A DNA stretch of 64,000 bases from Eledone cirrhosa (GCA_964016885.1 OZ024741.1:321594001-321658000); one strand, 5' to 3'. Shown: positions 41,615-56,578, counted from the stretch's first letter. Notes: generated by a model from the sequence alone, not told the origin. A program made the numbers and translations.

Positions 41615-41859
41615 AGATGTTTTAATTCTCCATCATTCCATGTTTTCGATAGTCTTTTTGAAATGGATTAACGAAGTAAATTGCTTGTCTCCTGCAGTTA
41701 ATCTCTCCCATGTTTTAGCTGACGTAGGAGTTTATTTGATACCTTATATTCAGGATGTCTCAAAATGTATCACTAGTTTACATTTTTTTCTGTTTATTTT
41801 TTATTTTTTACATTAATACTACTTTTATTCAACAAGAAGATGGTCTGTATTGGTGTTTA

Positions 41860-42250
41860 TTTGTATGGGCAAGACATCTGATACGGTTGGACGATAGTCG
41901 TATCCCCAGGTACATGCTTTATGGAGAGCTGGCTGAAGGAAAAAGACCTCAGTGAAACACGAAGCAGTGTTTCAAGGACTGTCAACGACTGTCACAGTTC
42001 AATTTCGACCGTCACAGCTGGGAAGTACAAGCTGGCGACAGAAACAAGTGGAGGAAACAAATATACGAAGGATGTCTCACATTCCATGCAAAGACAATAA
42101 CCTGGACAAATACCAAAAGAGATACCTGTAAGGGAGAGGAAGTAAACCCAGCTGTTCCTTGATCTGTTTGCCACGAGTGTGGCTGAATATGCCTGTTAAA
42201 CGTAGTAATCCAAAGCCACCCCAAGAGTCGCATAGACAACCCACCAGCAG
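41860..42250 (+). mobile_element. RTE-BovB-like LINE 3' fragment
   Basis: WARHLIRLDDSRIPRYMLYGELAEGKRP. Confidence 0.75.
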
Positions 42251-42529
42251 ATTAGGCTTATTTTTACTATCGGGCTGAAAACACAGATCTAGTTTGTAGT
42301 CTCAGTCGTAAATTCTGTAAGTCTCTTGCCAGCTTCAAAAATCATTGTCTGTCTCACATTCATAGGAACAATCAGATATAAGTCAACCTGTCAGCAATGG
42401 TCATGCTCATCTAACAAGTAGAGAACCAACATAAAGTAGCTAACAGTAATGTTACAAATCAACCAATGAAAGGTTGTTGCATTCTTTCATTTGCCTTTTC
42501 TGCTTCTCCAAAACTTCAGGTGGATATTC

Positions 42530-42910
42530 CCTCATGATCCCAGGGAACAGAATCACAAATGCGTTACCCTGGAAGATAGCAAGGGAGATGCTCTGAAAGA
42601 TCCATTTCAACTCATGGGTTCATTCTTGCCGGTGGCTAAATCCATCCCAATCACAGTAAGTAGGGAAGTGGTTCAAGGATCCAGAATACCAGATGTTTCT
42701 ACCACTATAGAGTTAATGATAAACCTATTGGAGAATGACCGGTACTTCGATCGATTGTGAGTATCAATTTATTGAGCAGTGCACCTGAATGCACCAGACT
42801 TCCACTATAGAAAGTATCACTGCATGTTGCTTCCCTCGTGGGTATTACTACCGTGGAATGGGAAAATTGTTATACCCTTTGGCTTTTTGCCATCCCCTAT
42901 GTCTAACCTG
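42530..42910 (-). mobile_element. Decayed CRE-like non-LTR retrotransposon C-terminus (restriction-like endonuclease)
   Basis: Minus-strand pieces DGKKPKGITIFPF, VETSG and IFQSISLAIFQGNA resemble the RPDG...ET.G...QRISLAIQRGNA pattern. Confidence 0.6.
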
Positions 42911-43630
42911 TCCAGTTAATATTTAAGTCATGCTTAAATATTACCTGTGGTCACATTTTGTAATATTTCGGAAAATATATTTTTACATTTCTCATCTCTC
43001 AAAAAATAGAAATCAAATTATATTGCATTTTACATTTCAAAATCCACAAGATATGGACTCCATTTTGTTTGTTTTCATGGAAGAACTGGAGCTCCTATCA
43101 TTAAAATATTCAAGAAATATCCTATGAGATGCAATCTTTTAATAGGGCTTCTAAACCTATATAGCTGTTAGATATTTTATTTGAAGTCATGAACGCATTA
43201 CATTTCATATTTCAAGTAGCATCATATTTCACAAAACATTTCATAATTGTTTTATTTTCAATATTATTTCGGATGCTGGGAACAATGCTTCTGTCTCAAA
43301 TATGCGCAGGTTCTCACACCAAACTGCTGGGGTTCTGCAAAGATTTATAATAGAATTCAGTTTAAATGATTAACTTTTAATATTGTGTAATGATTTAGCA
43401 AACATTATTTTAAAATGAGTTTTTTTTTTTTTTTTACTAATAACATTTGTAAAGGGAAACCAAATTTCATATGTCACCATTTTGTTTTTTATTCTCTCTT
43501 TTCGTAAATATTTCACTGTTTTACTGTCTTCATTGTGTTACATAGATGGAAACTGTAGTAACAATTCTGTTTGATGGACTGTGCCTGTACAGGTTATATA
43601 GAAACAAATATAGGTTAAAATTTGACTCAC

Positions 43631-43775
43631 CCTGTGAACCAAGTTCTACTTTAAATTGTTTTTCAGGTTTACATCCACCACATTTTCCTCCGCATGTAGC
43701 TGTTACTACTTGGTTATTTTCAGAATAGACTATAGCACTTATGCGGGCATCTTTACCATATGTCACCCATTTAAC
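43631..43775 (-). CDS. GON-domain exon 3
   Basis: tttag|gtt...cagg|gtgagt, 145 nt, phase 0 to 1; VKWVTYG...TCGGKCGGCKP. The downstream exon was not confidently identified. Confidence 0.85.
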
Positions 43776-45235
43776 CTAAAGTTATAAAAGAAAGAATGTA
43801 GTGGTAGGGGTCATAAAGGGATAATAATTAAATTAAATATTGTGAAAAATAAGCAGCTGATCTGAAATCGACAGTGGTTTTTCTCATACAAAGTTATTTA
43901 TTTTTTAAGTGTTTATATTTATCTAAATACCTTGCATCATAATTTTATGTGTTATATTCTAAACACTAGCTTAATAATGATTAATAATTCAATTCTTGAT
44001 TATTTTCCAAACTATTTGAAAATCATCGGCATTGTCTTTCATTAGAAATATAGTAATAAAAGGATAAAGTGATTATATTTATCTAAAATTCTTCGTCTTT
44101 TTTTGTCTTTTTTTCTTTTTTCTTTTTCTTTTCTTTTTCTTTTTTTCTTTTTTCTCTTTTTCCTGTATTTTCTTTTTCTTCTTTTTCTTTTTCTTTTTTC
44201 TTTTTTTTTTCTTGGGAGGGTCATGGAAGCAAAGTCCTCAAGCACGCCTTCCAACAGGTCCTGTTAGAAGCAACTGTCTGGCTATAACCCAAAGCAAGAC
44301 CAGATGAGTTATCCAAACATCTTGTAGGAACCTTTATGTTTTGTTCAATGTATTGTATATACTCAAATATAAGTCTACCCCCTATTTCAAATCTGAGAAA
44401 TAGGCAAAAATCCAAACCCTGTTTATTAGCTGAAGCAGGTAATCAACACATTGGTGCAGTTTTTATATTCTCATGAGGGGAAATATATTTATGGAGTTTT
44501 AATATTTTGATATTTAAAATGATTTAAGTGTAGTTTAGAGTATAGTTTTTATTTCATAACTCCATTACATAATGATTTTTATCAATTTCCACCCATTTTC
44601 AAGGCTCTATTCATTCAAAACACAAAAAACAAAAGAAAATATGAATTTCATGACAAAAGTGAAACTGGGGTAATACTTAACTCCGAACTGAAACCGGTAT
44701 AAAACCTCTAAAATGAAAATATATTAGCACTTTGTTTGCGTAGAATTTTGAAGTTGATGAAAATATTGACCTCAAATTTTACCATCAATTTTTTTGTCAC
44801 ATATTTCTTAGCTTATATATATTGGTATGTTTCCAACTTAATGAAAACGTTAGTTATATTACAAAATCTCCCAAGTTCTTCAGTATTTTCTAAAAGATTT
44901 AATAATCCTACACAGTGTATTTTATTATAAATATGATGGCACTTGGCCTAGTGGTTAAGGTGTTGGAGTCATAACCATAAGGCCATAGGTATGATTGTTG
45001 AAGAGGGCAGCATATTGTGTAAGATGTTGATTTTATTGATATGACTGGGGCTCCCTATCATTAAAACACCTGAGAAACTTCCTATCAGATGCAACTTCAT
45101 GTGAGGCCATCTAATCCTACATAGATGTGAAATGTAAATTTAATTTTTTTTTTTTAATGAAATGATTCAATTATAAATTTTTATGTAATGTTTGAACTGC
45201 TGACCTTTACAACAACAAAAACAAAGCAATCATAC

Positions 45236-45412
45236 CGAATCAGCAACGACCAGGCCTGTACCCCTCAGGTCAACCTTCATTTGACCTTGACTTTTGCAGT
45301 AGCTTGATTGACCATATAAACAATCTTCGGCAGCACCAAAACCTCGTTTGTAATTTCCTTTGCCTTTCTCAAGTGTTGTGAATGTAAAATCAAATCTGTC
45401 AAGAACCATTTC
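45236..45412 (-). CDS. GON-domain exon 2
   Basis: ctatag|gaa...tcg|gtatg, 177 nt, phase 0-0; EMVLDRFDFTFT...FGAAEDCL...CKSQGQMKVDLRGTGLVVADS. Confidence 0.88.
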
Positions 45413-46333
45413 CTATAGAAAAAGTTATAAAGAGAAATGTCAGAATTATCACATTAGCATCTGTGTGTGTGTGTGTGTATATACTATATATCTATCTATT
45501 TGTGTGTGTGTGTGTGGGGGGGGGGGGTCAGATTAAAAGCCCTTTGGTATTTGTTCCAGCCCACTGCATTCTAAGTTCAAATCAACTCTCATCTTTTTGA
45601 GATTGATAAATAAAGAAGCAGTCCATTATTGGGGTTTATTCTCACTTTCTTGTGAAGAAATTGACTATATTCTGACTTAGAGAGCTTTGGGATCTGCCAG
45701 ATAAAAATATCTGACACCCGGTGTTGAGGACTTTTCCCTTCATATACATATGTATGTATGCATATATATATTTATGCATGTATTTATATTTCAATGATCA
45801 TGTTAGTTAAATTATAAGATACTAATAGTTTCATAGGGTGGTGTGTTGCTAGCATATAACTATTAATATTTATTAATATACTTTTCAGCTGTTGCAAATT
45901 GATTTACATTGAAAGACTAAGACAACAAATGTTGGTAGTCTTATTATCGTTTCAACTAAGCAAACAAGTTCTACATGGACTTCTAAGATGGTTAATAGTC
46001 CTGCCCTCACTAGGCAGAATCATTAAAATATAGCCCTACTGGGGCACTACCTTCAAGGGACTTAGTTGATCATATCAACCCTAGTACTTCTTTACAAGTC
46101 TGGCACTAATTTTATTGATCTCTTCTTATGGGACATAAACAAAGGTGGCACAAATGATAGAAATAGTACCAGATTAACAAATTTCTTACAACTACCAGAA
46201 ACAGCTTAAAATGTTCAGTGTTCTGTCAACTAAATTAGATACTATAAACATTTGAATTAACAAGCCCATTTTTAAATATTTTCTACTGAATCTTTGCAGA
46301 ATGTTAAAAAGTTAATCACACATAAACATTCAC

Positions 46334-46605
46334 CTCTGGGTAGATTCGAACTTTCTGGAAAATAGTTTTTCCTGGTTTGCTTTTCTTCTCATCAAAACGA
46401 TTTATACAAAGATGAAATGGTTTCAGAGCTGGTACAAATGCAAAATTTTGATGTGGTAAGGTTATATATTCTCTTGGATTATCGGTCTCCATATGGTGAC
46501 AGTAAATCTTCATTTTTTTCTGGTTAAGAACAGATGGGTAGATCCAATATTCACCATTTGTTACATTCTTACCACATTTTTGAATATCTTTGCATGAAAC
46601 AGGTT
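46334..46605 (-). CDS. GON-domain exon 1
   Basis: ttacag|aa...gag|gtgaat, 272 nt, phase 1 to 0; PVSCKDIQKC..NGEYWIYP..KIYCHHMETDNPREYITL..NF...GKTIFQKVRI matches the GON pattern of ADAMTS9/20/GON-1. Confidence 0.88.
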
Positions 46606-46706
46606 CTGTAAGATATTGATATTGATAATGTACATATATATATATTATATGTACACATTAAAGTTTAAGCAAAAAATCGCTGCTTTCATTTATGTATATA
46701 TATATG

Positions 46707-46778
<72 letters not shown>

Positions 46779-46780
<2 letters not shown>

Positions 46781-47248
46781 CAATATTAAATAAATGGAAA
46801 ACTATATTTATAAAACCATATTTATTTCATTATATATATTTCGGGGATATCATATTAACAATATGTTATGCCTTCATCAGACAAAATACAATATAAACAG
46901 TTTTATAGATAAATATATTCGACATACCGTAATAAACATCAACTTCATTTGAAGAGGTTTACTCTAGCAGTGAAAATACAGAGAGAAAGAAAGAGAGAAA
47001 GAAAAGAGGGAAAAAAGAAAGAAAGAAAGACAAAACGAAGAAGAGGAAGAAAAAGAAGAAAAAGAAAAAGAAGAAATGCATGGGACAAAATAGAGAGATG
47101 GAAAAATAGATAAAGCGAAGAGCTTCATGTAAAGAGACAGAAAGAGATATATATATATAGAGAGAGAGGAAATAGAGATAGATACATATATATATATAGA
47201 AAATTAGGTAGTGGGAGGTCATTTTGAGTAAGTGTATCAATGATACAT

Positions 47249-47283
<35 letters not shown>

Positions 47284-50200
47284 GCTCAAGTATTAATGTA
47301 AGGGAGATATATAGAGAGATATAGAGAGATATATAGAGAGAAAAAAATTTAAAAATAGCCAGACATATTCGAGGCGTAGAAAACCCTATGTTTTAATGTA
47401 TTAGTATTTATAAAACTTACACTATATTGTAAATATCAGTATTCCTGAATGAAACAAGTATTCACAATGTGTGAAAATTCATTATCTTATGTTTAGTTTT
47501 AACAACCTTTCGTGCCCAGGAAACCGAAGATCAATATGAAGGACCACAAGAGGAATTTTGAAAATGACCTGCCAGTTAGATTGATCGCACCTTCAAAATC
47601 GGACCTGGGCAAATTAAGCAAAAACATTCTTGACAGGGTGATACTGCAAATTAAGAATTTGGATTGTGTATCTAACCTGAGCTTGTGGAAGGGAACTGGA
47701 GAGGTTGTTGAGTGGTTTAGGCAAATTAAATATGACAATAATAATAGGTTTATTCAACTTGATATAGCTAACTATTATTCTTCTATTACCCCTAGTCTAC
47801 TAAATAAGGCACTAAATTACGCATTCAAACATACGGACCTAACTAGCAAAGAAATGCATATTATATTATCGGCTAGGAAAACTTTGATAGAATTTAATGA
47901 CAAATTATGGACCAGAGCAGATAGAGATAGCAATTTTGACATAACTATGGGATCCTCCGACTCAGCTCAGGTAACTGACCTTGTGGGCTTATTTTTAATC
48001 AATTCGCTACATAGGAAAATACCTGGTACTACCGGAGGTTTATATAGGGATGACATGCTTTTACTTATTAATAATAATAACCCTGAACTAAATAGAAAAT
48101 GTAAACAAATTACAAAATTTTTTAATTACTTTAACCTTAAAATAGAAATTGAGAACAACCATAGAATAGTCAATTTCCTAGATATAACATTAAATCTCAA
48201 CACATGTCTCCACTATCCTTTTCACAAGTTGAATGAAAACTTAAACTATGTCAACTTTAACTCTAACCACCCCAGATCTGTCAAAAACACTATAGTAAAC
48301 TCAGTCCAAAAACGTATCTCTAGGATTTCGTCGAATAGAAAGATTTTTGACGAAAAGGCCCAATACTATAATGATGCACTAGCTAGGGCAGGGTATGCTG
48401 ATAAGATTGTGTACATAGATAATGATAGACAAACTAAACAAAGTAACAACTTTTTTAATTACGGCAACAACATTAACAACTATAATAGAAAGCATTACAA
48501 TAATTCCAAAGGACAAAAAAGAAATAGAACTAGGAACATAATTTGGTTTGCCCCCCCTTTCTCACTAAACATTAAAACCCACATCGCTAAATTATTTTTC
48601 AAAGCTCTTGATAATCGCTTCCCTAGAACACATAGGTATCACTCAATCTTCAATAGGCATACAATTAAATTAACCTACTCATCCACCAAAAATTTAGCAC
48701 AAAATATTAATAGAATAAATAATAGGAACTTAAAACCTACTGATAATAGCATAAATAATATACAAGTTAACAAATGTAACTGTAGAGATAGATCTAAATG
48801 TCCGTTAAATAACAACTGCTTAGTTAAAAATATAGTATACAATTGTAATGTTAATACTGACTCTAATTCTTTTAACTACGTCGGTTCCACATCGACAGAA
48901 TTTAAACTTCGCTATAATAACCACAAGAATTCTTTCACAGATCCAAATAAAAAATCTTCAACGGCACTATCAGGGGTACTCTGGCAACTTAAGCTAGATA
49001 ACGTTAGATATTCGACGGCTTGGAATATAGTCTCAAGAGGGATTCCTTTTAATTCATCCTCTGAGACATGTGACCTCTGCGCAGAGGAGATATTCTTTAT
49101 ACTAAAATCTAAAAATTCCCTTAACCTACGGACAAATTTATTCAGTTGTTGCAAACATAGATTAAACTCAACGTTTAAATATAAATTTAAATTTAAAATG
49201 TAGTATATTTAGTTTGATTTATATTTATATGAGAACTAGCCGATAAATCTTTTGATTCCTAAATCTTTGATTCCCTCTTTTTACTCTTTCTATTGTTTAT
49301 TTTATTTTATTTATTTTTATTTTTTATTATTTTTTATTATTTTTTATTATTTTTTATACTCTTTTACTCTTTTACCTGTTTCAGCTACCCTAAAAGCCGA
49401 TGCTCCAAATTTTTTTGAATTAACCTTACACTAGATAAACTTCTATATTAAATATAGGAACTTATGTAGACATTATTGGACATCATAATCTTTTTTTGCG
49501 ATATTCTTTGCTAGATGTGATTTGATAGATAATTTTTGGCTTTGTCTTGTAATGAACTTGGCAATATATTGTCAATTAACTTTGAAGGGTTGTTCTTTGT
49601 GGTTTATTTTTATTTTTATTTTTATTTTTATTTTTATTTTTATTTTTATTTTTATTTTTATTTTTATTTTTATTTTTATTTTTATTTTTATTTTTATTTT
49701 TATTTTTATTCTTTTAGTATTGTAGTATTCTATAATATCTTTATTTTTTATTTTATTTTTTTATTTTATTTTTAATATTTTTATATGTAAATTTTTAATA
49801 CGTAATATTTTTTAATACGTAGTATTTTAATATGCAATATTTTTATTATGTAATATTCTTTCGTAATATATTTTTTTTAGTTTTCTATTCTATATTTTTA
49901 TATATTTTTACTTATTATTATTATTATTGTTATCTTTGTTTATAATATAATATATATTTTCGATTAGTATATTGAAATCTGCTCTCTATTTCTGCTTGAT
50001 AGATAATCTTGTAGAGTAATCGCAAGAATAATAATACGCTCAAATTTTTATACCACACTGAGAATGTTTTCCGGTAACTAAAAGTTTGCAGAGTGAATCA
50101 GTTGGATTCACATTGATGTTTGTAGCTGTCACATAAACATATGAATTTTTTAAAACTAAACATAAGATAATGAATTTTCACACATTGTGAATACTTGTTT

Positions 50201-50368
50201 CATTCAGGAATACTGATATTTACAATATAGTGTAAGTTTTATAAATACTAATACATTAAAACATAGGGTTTTCTACGCCTCGAATATGTCTGGCTATTTT
50301 TAAATTTTTTTCTCTCTCTATATCTCTCTATATCTCTCTATATATCTCCCTTACATTAATACTTGAGC

Positions 50369-50403
<35 letters not shown>

Positions 50404-50960
50404 ATGTATCATTGATACACTTACTCAAAATGACCTCCCACTACCTAATTTTCTATATATATATATGTATCTATCTCTATTTCCTCTCTCTCTATATATA
50501 TATATCTCTTTCTGTCTCTTTACATGAAGCTCTTCGCTTTATCTATTTTTCCATCTCTCTATTTTGTCCCATGCATTTCTTCTTTTTCTTTTTCTTCTTT
50601 TTCTTCCTCTTCTTCGTTTTGTCTTTCTTTCTTTCTTTTTTCCCTCTTTTCTTTCTCTCTTTCTTTCTCTCTGTATTTTCACTGCTAGAGTAAACCTCTT
50701 CAAATGAAGTTGATGTTTATTACGGTATGTCGAATATATTTATCTATAAAACTGTTTATATTGTATTTTGTCTGATGAAGGCATAACATATTGTTAATAT
50801 GATATCCCCGAAATATATATAATGAAATAAATATGGTTTTATAAATATAGTTTTCCATTTATTTAATATTGTAAATATACTCCAAATATTTGTCGAGTGC
50901 TTTTATATCAGTTATAAATATTTACTAGTTGTAACCCAACAATTTTAAATATAACTTTAC
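46779..50960 (+). mobile_element. Penelope-like element 1 (Naiad-type): 5'-truncated RT + GIY-YIG ORF 47512-49203, long 3' UTR/pLTR, and an inverted pLTR copy at the 5' end
   Basis: KDHK..F....RLI.P.KS, DI..YYSSI, MGS.DSA.V.DLVG, YRDD, CNCx5C linker, IVY..YVG..FK.RY.NH; arms 46779-47501 and 50151-50873 are near-identical inverted repeats. Confidence 0.93.
50764..50829 (+). ncRNA. Hammerhead ribozyme in the PLE-1 pLTR; inverted copy at 46823-46888 (-); related copies at 56772-56837 (-, intact), 53079-53144 (+, GCAA) and 57286-57351 (+, UG site)
   Basis: tattttgt CTGATGA aggcataacatattgttaatatgatatcccc GAAA tatata TA atgaaata. Confidence 0.82.
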
Positions 50961-51007
<47 letters not shown>

Positions 51008-51377
51008 CATTATGTAATAAACAACATAAGGCAATTATTCCATTTACCAGTGGTTTCTTAAAAGCAAAAGGTTTTGCTTTCAATCCTCAGAATGAAAAAT
51101 CCTGGTTTGTTTATTGAATTTGGATTCTAAAAGCAAAAATGCAATCTATATGAAAGTGAGGCTGGAAAAGGGAGAAGGAAAGGAAAAATAAAATAAAACT
51201 ACACATGCAAACACACACACAAAAAAACACAAAAGCATACTTACACACACATACATATATACATAAATATAAATGTACGCATACATATATACATATACAC
51301 ATATATATATATAAAACGTACACCTACACACACATACACATATATACACACATATACACATACATACATTCATACAT

Positions 51378-51414
<37 letters not shown>

Positions 51415-51442
51415 CACTTACACACATATATATATATATATA

Positions 51443-51474
<32 letters not shown>

Positions 51475-51475
<1 letters not shown>

Positions 51476-51894
51476 CGTTTCTGAATTTGTTTAGCAAGAT
51501 TCTTTATCTGAAATCGTGTGTTGAAACCGATATTGTTATACTTTGGGAGGGTCATGTTGCCAATAAGAAACACACGCACCAGTTGCTTTCACTTCAATTT
51601 AATTTAATATATATTTATAAATTTACAAATTTATAAATTTCTGAAAATGGCGTAGGATAGAAGAAAGGAAAGACACAGAAACGAAGAACGAAATCCCCAG
51701 TCACTGAAGAGGTCACAGAGTGTGTGACGAAAGAACTATGACTATATATATATAAACAACTATCTGGTTGTGGAACCAACCAACCAACCAGAAATTTATA
51801 AATTTGTAAATTTATAAATATATATTAAATTAAATTGAAGTGAAAGCAACTGGTGCGTGTGTTTCTTATTGGCAACATGACCCTCCCAAAGTAT

Positions 51895-51902
<8 letters not shown>
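51475..51902. repeat. Fold-back insertion in (TA)n (arms ~51528-51642 and ~51790-51902) with a hammerhead in the loop
   Basis: Arms are exact reverse complements; the uninterrupted site is seen in the inverted pLTR at ~60920-60965. Confidence 0.85.
51699..51743 (+). ncRNA. Minimal type-I hammerhead ribozyme
   Basis: agtca CTGAAGA ggtcacagagtgtgtgac GAAA gaac TA tgact. Confidence 0.82.
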
Positions 51903-51939
<37 letters not shown>

Positions 51940-52423
51940 CACACACATACACACACACACACATGTGTGTGTACAAGCATACACATACACAAACATAGCC
52001 ATACACACACACATATATATACACACATACATACATTCACACAAACATACAACGTACATACATACACATACATGAATGCACTCCTCTACATATTCACACA
52101 CGCAAATAAATATAAGAAAAAAATATATAAATATATATTAAAAAATTTTTGACACCGATACATGCCCCAGCTAACAGGACAGACACGCGTGGTAAGTAAT
52201 ACACACAAAAGCACATATACATACGTACGAAATAGTAAACACATACACACACTCTCACACATAAATATACATATACAAATACATAAACACGTACATACAC
52301 ATACATACACAAACACGCACACGTATATAATATAAACACACACATGTATATGTAATTATATACACACACATACACACATATATATATATATATATATATA
52401 CATACAAAAATATAAAAATATAA

Positions 52424-52464
<41 letters not shown>

Positions 52465-52763
52465 CGTAAACACACATATACATACATAGCTAAACAATTA
52501 TACACATGCAAATACGTATATATCAAAAGCACGCACAACCAAATACAAACACACACACACACACACACCCACACATACATAAAAATAAATAAATACACAC
52601 GCACACATATACATACATACACATATATATACACATATATATATATATATATTGAGCTAAATAAATAAATAAAAAAATAAATATATCATTGATACGTCAT
52701 TCAACTGGTGCCCAACTACCTATTATCTTTCTTTCTATCTCTATCTATATCTATCTCTCTATA

Positions 52764-52826
<63 letters not shown>

Positions 52827-53184
52827 ATCTATCTCCCTCTGTGTTTTTTCCTCTCTATATATATCTCTCTCTGTTTCTTTACATGAATTTCTTCTCTCTA
52901 TCTATCTCTCTATATCTATCTCTCCCTATTTAGTTGCATGCATTTCTTCTTTTTCGTTTTTTCTTTCTTTCTTTTTATAACTGTCCCTAATATTTTTCAC
53001 TACCAAATCAACTTTTCAAATGGAAGTCGAAGTTGAAAGGTATGTCGAATCTATCTATTTATAAGACTGTTTATATTGTATTTTGTCTGAAGAAGGCATA
53101 ACATATTTTTAATATGATATCCCTGCAATATATATAATGAAATAAATATGGTTTTATAAATATAGTTTCCATTTATTTAATATC

Positions 53185-53224
<40 letters not shown>

Positions 53225-53496
53225 ACGTACACATACACACATGCATACACATACACACACACATATACATGTGTGTATGTGTAAAGCTCAGTATTAGATA
53301 AGACAAATGAACCTTACATAAACGTATATATAGTAGTAAAGTAATAAAGCAACACAAGGCAATTAATCCATTCACCAGAGGTTTCTTAAAAGCAAAAAAA
53401 GTTTCCTTCAATCTTCAGAATGAAAAAAAGCCTGGTTTATCCACATATACATACATATACACACACAAATATACAATTATATACACACATACGCAC

Positions 53497-53565
<69 letters not shown>

Positions 53566-53571
53566 AATATA

Positions 53572-53609
<38 letters not shown>

Positions 53610-53813
53610 CATATATATATACACACAAAAATACATACACATACACATAGGTATGTGAAGGGCAAAACAAAAAGAATATATGGGGGGGGGCATAAGAGAA
53701 GGTAAAATATAAGGGGAGGTAAGGGAGAAAAAAATTTTGTAAATATACAAGAGTACAGAAGGTAGAGTCAGCAAAATAAAAACCGTAGCAAAAGTAAAGA
53801 GCAGAGAAGGAGT

Positions 53814-55945
53814 TCAAGGCGGTTGATTTCTCATAGGAGTGTCAATCCAGTTACAGATCAGATGCGATTTCAGATGAGGACAGCATCTGAAGATCTCAGT
53901 CTTTGAGTTAAGGCAAGCGGAAGTGGCTCTCAAGTTTAGCAAAATCCTATACTTTTCTGTGATGCACAAAGAACAATTCTTTGTGCCCCTTTGGTACTCC
54001 CTCGAATGGTCTAATATAGACCAATCAATAGAGTACGGGATATTACTATCCTTGAGATCCCATACCTTACTTGCGAGGGCCGTTGATGTTCGTTTATCAG
54101 AGTGCTTAAAAGAAGCGACATGTGAGTAAAATCTGGTTTTAAACCTGTCCTGGGTCATACCGACATATCGCTCACTCCTGGCTGGCTGGTTGTTGATAAC
54201 TGGCGTTATCTTAGCCTCATAAACCACAGATTTTGTGTTACATTTACCCTGCAATGGGCATTCATCCGGCTTCCTGCAACTGCATCCTGGATTTATCCTC
54301 GTACGGTTTGAATTGGTGATTTTGGACTTCATGGATGGGCAACAAGAGTAGCTGATCTTAACTACATTCCTATTAAAAATCTTATAATATCTATGAATAG
54401 GAGGAAAATGTTTGTCTAATAGTTCAAGGAATTTCCTTCCTACATTAGTTTTGACAGTTAGAGAGAAGGGGGTGTGAACCAAATAATCTTCCTTTTCCTG
54501 TTATTATGGTTAGTTTTAGGGGGGGGAGTAGGTAAATAAGAAATTTTTTCCGTAAAACCGCTGTTCTTAAGGGCTTTATTATAATAAGGGGCGGCTTTAT
54601 TAAAAATGTCTATAGTCGAAGATAAGGTAGAAATCCTACGGCTAATGTTAGGAATAAGATTATTAAAAACTATAGGGGGATGGCAAGACTCTTTGTGTAT
54701 ATACCTAAGATTTTCATTAGGTTTATGATAGGGTTTAAAAGAGGCAGTAAGTAGATCAAGATTAATATCAAGAAAGTTAGCATTAGTAAGGTTCGTATCT
54801 ATAGTAATTTTAAGGTTAAGATTAGCAAAAGTATTAATTAAATCTTTACGGAATTTATCAAGATTATGGCCGTTGGTGGTATGAGAAACTGCTAATCCGT
54901 CATCACGGTATAAACCGATACTATGGGACGGAAATTTCTCTTTGAGTGTGTGGAGAAGGAATAATCCTACTAAGTCACACACATCCGCACTGTCATATGA
55001 ACCCATTGCAACATCAAAAGAGCTTTCAGGGTTTGACTTTTTAACCCAAATATTATCATTAGTAAAAAGTAAAGTTTTTCTAGCATGAAAGATAATGTCC
55101 TCTTCTAATTTAGAGATATTAATGAAGGGTCTTGCAAAATCTAAGGCATTGGTTAATAAGGAAACAGTAATAGAAGGGTAAAAATCGACAATATCAAATT
55201 GGGTAAATCTACACTTATTTTTACCTTGTATATTATTGAACCAAGAAATAACAGAGGAAGTATTTAGCCACTGTGAAAGGTCAGTGTTAGTTCTAATTTG
55301 GAGAATTATTTTTCTTAAGATTTTCTTACTAGCAAGGCCAACCTCGGATTTAGCTGGGTTAATCAGTCTACAACTAGGTCGATTAGTAAAGTCCAATTTA
55401 TGGTCTTTAAGGGTAATATAATCTTTACGCTTAGCTAAGCTTTCAATCCGGTTATCTATTTGTAAAGAACTAGCTAGTTCTTTAGCTTCTTTATTGATAG
55501 TATTGTAGCTATTATTATTAGTTAATTGATATTTATTGGTAATACTATTAGTTAAAAGTTGGTTATACAAATTACTATTAACTTCAAAGAGGTTTTTAGT
55601 TTTATCAGAAAGAACGAAAGTGTTTGTAGAATTTCTAAAATTAGAGATATCGTTAGAAAGTTTAGTTTGAAAGTTATTATTGTACTTACGAAATTTGATA
55701 TCACTAATTAGATTAACGAGGTCTAATTCGAAGTTGGCCATGTCTTTAATTCTAGGTGGATATTTACGGGATTTAATGTCAAAATAATCTTTAGTATCAG
55801 CACTGAATAGTCCTTCGTAAACCATTGCCTTCCATCTCATTCTTTTAACGACTTGTTCGATTTTATCAATGAGGATTTTGGTGTAAGTTGTGTTGGAAGG
55901 AGTGAGTATATTTTTGATAGAATAATCCAAATCATAAAGGTCCAT
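53814..55945 (-). CDS. Full-length PLE RT + GIY-YIG protein (~710 aa) with a single 1-nt homopolymer frameshift at ~54470
   Basis: YSIKNI N-terminus, LKDHK, FDIVDFYPSI, MGSYDSADVCDLVG, YRDDG, CSCx5C, VVY..YVG; G5 here versus G6 in the open sister copy at ~59872. Confidence 0.9.
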
Positions 55946-56524
55946 GGTGTATGTTGGTTAAATTGCTGAAAACTGTAGAGTGCTCAACTACTCGGGCTGG
56001 AAAGTGCCAATCGTATATGTAATATAGAATATGTTGCGATCAATCCCGGTTGCAGCTGTATAAATGAAGTAATTCCATCGGAAAAGTCCAGGAAAAAAGA
56101 GTGCTCTATGTAGGCAACAGAGCTTAATTATTATTATTATTATTATGTAATAAACAACATAAGGCAATTATTCCATTTACCAGTGGTTTCTTAAAAGCAA
56201 AGGGTTTTGCTTTCAATCCTCAGAATGAAAAATCCTGGTTTGTTTATTGAATTTGGATTCTAAAAGCAAAAATGCAATCTATATGAAAGTGAGGCTGGAA
56301 AAGGGAGAAGGAAAGGAAAAATAAAATAAAACTACACATGCAAACACACACAAAAAAACACAAAAGCATACTTACACACACATACATCTATACATATATA
56401 TAAATGTACGCATACATATATACATATACACATATATATATATATATATATAAAACGTACACCTACACACACATACACATATATACACACATATACACAT
56501 ACATACATTCATACATACACACAT

Positions 56525-56578
<54 letters not shown>

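Noticed and set aside
43537-43584. Possible terminal exon (GTVHQTELLLQFPSM*) after a ~46-nt intron
   Set aside because: The intron is very short and the peptide has no recognisable similarity; cannot be supported without RNA data.
53811-53816. TGA ending the PLE-2 ORF as possible selenocysteine, since some Naiads are reported to use Sec
   Set aside because: It lies after the complete GIY-YIG domain, not at a conserved Cys position; the Cys motifs use normal codons and no SECIS was recognised. A SECISearch run would settle it.
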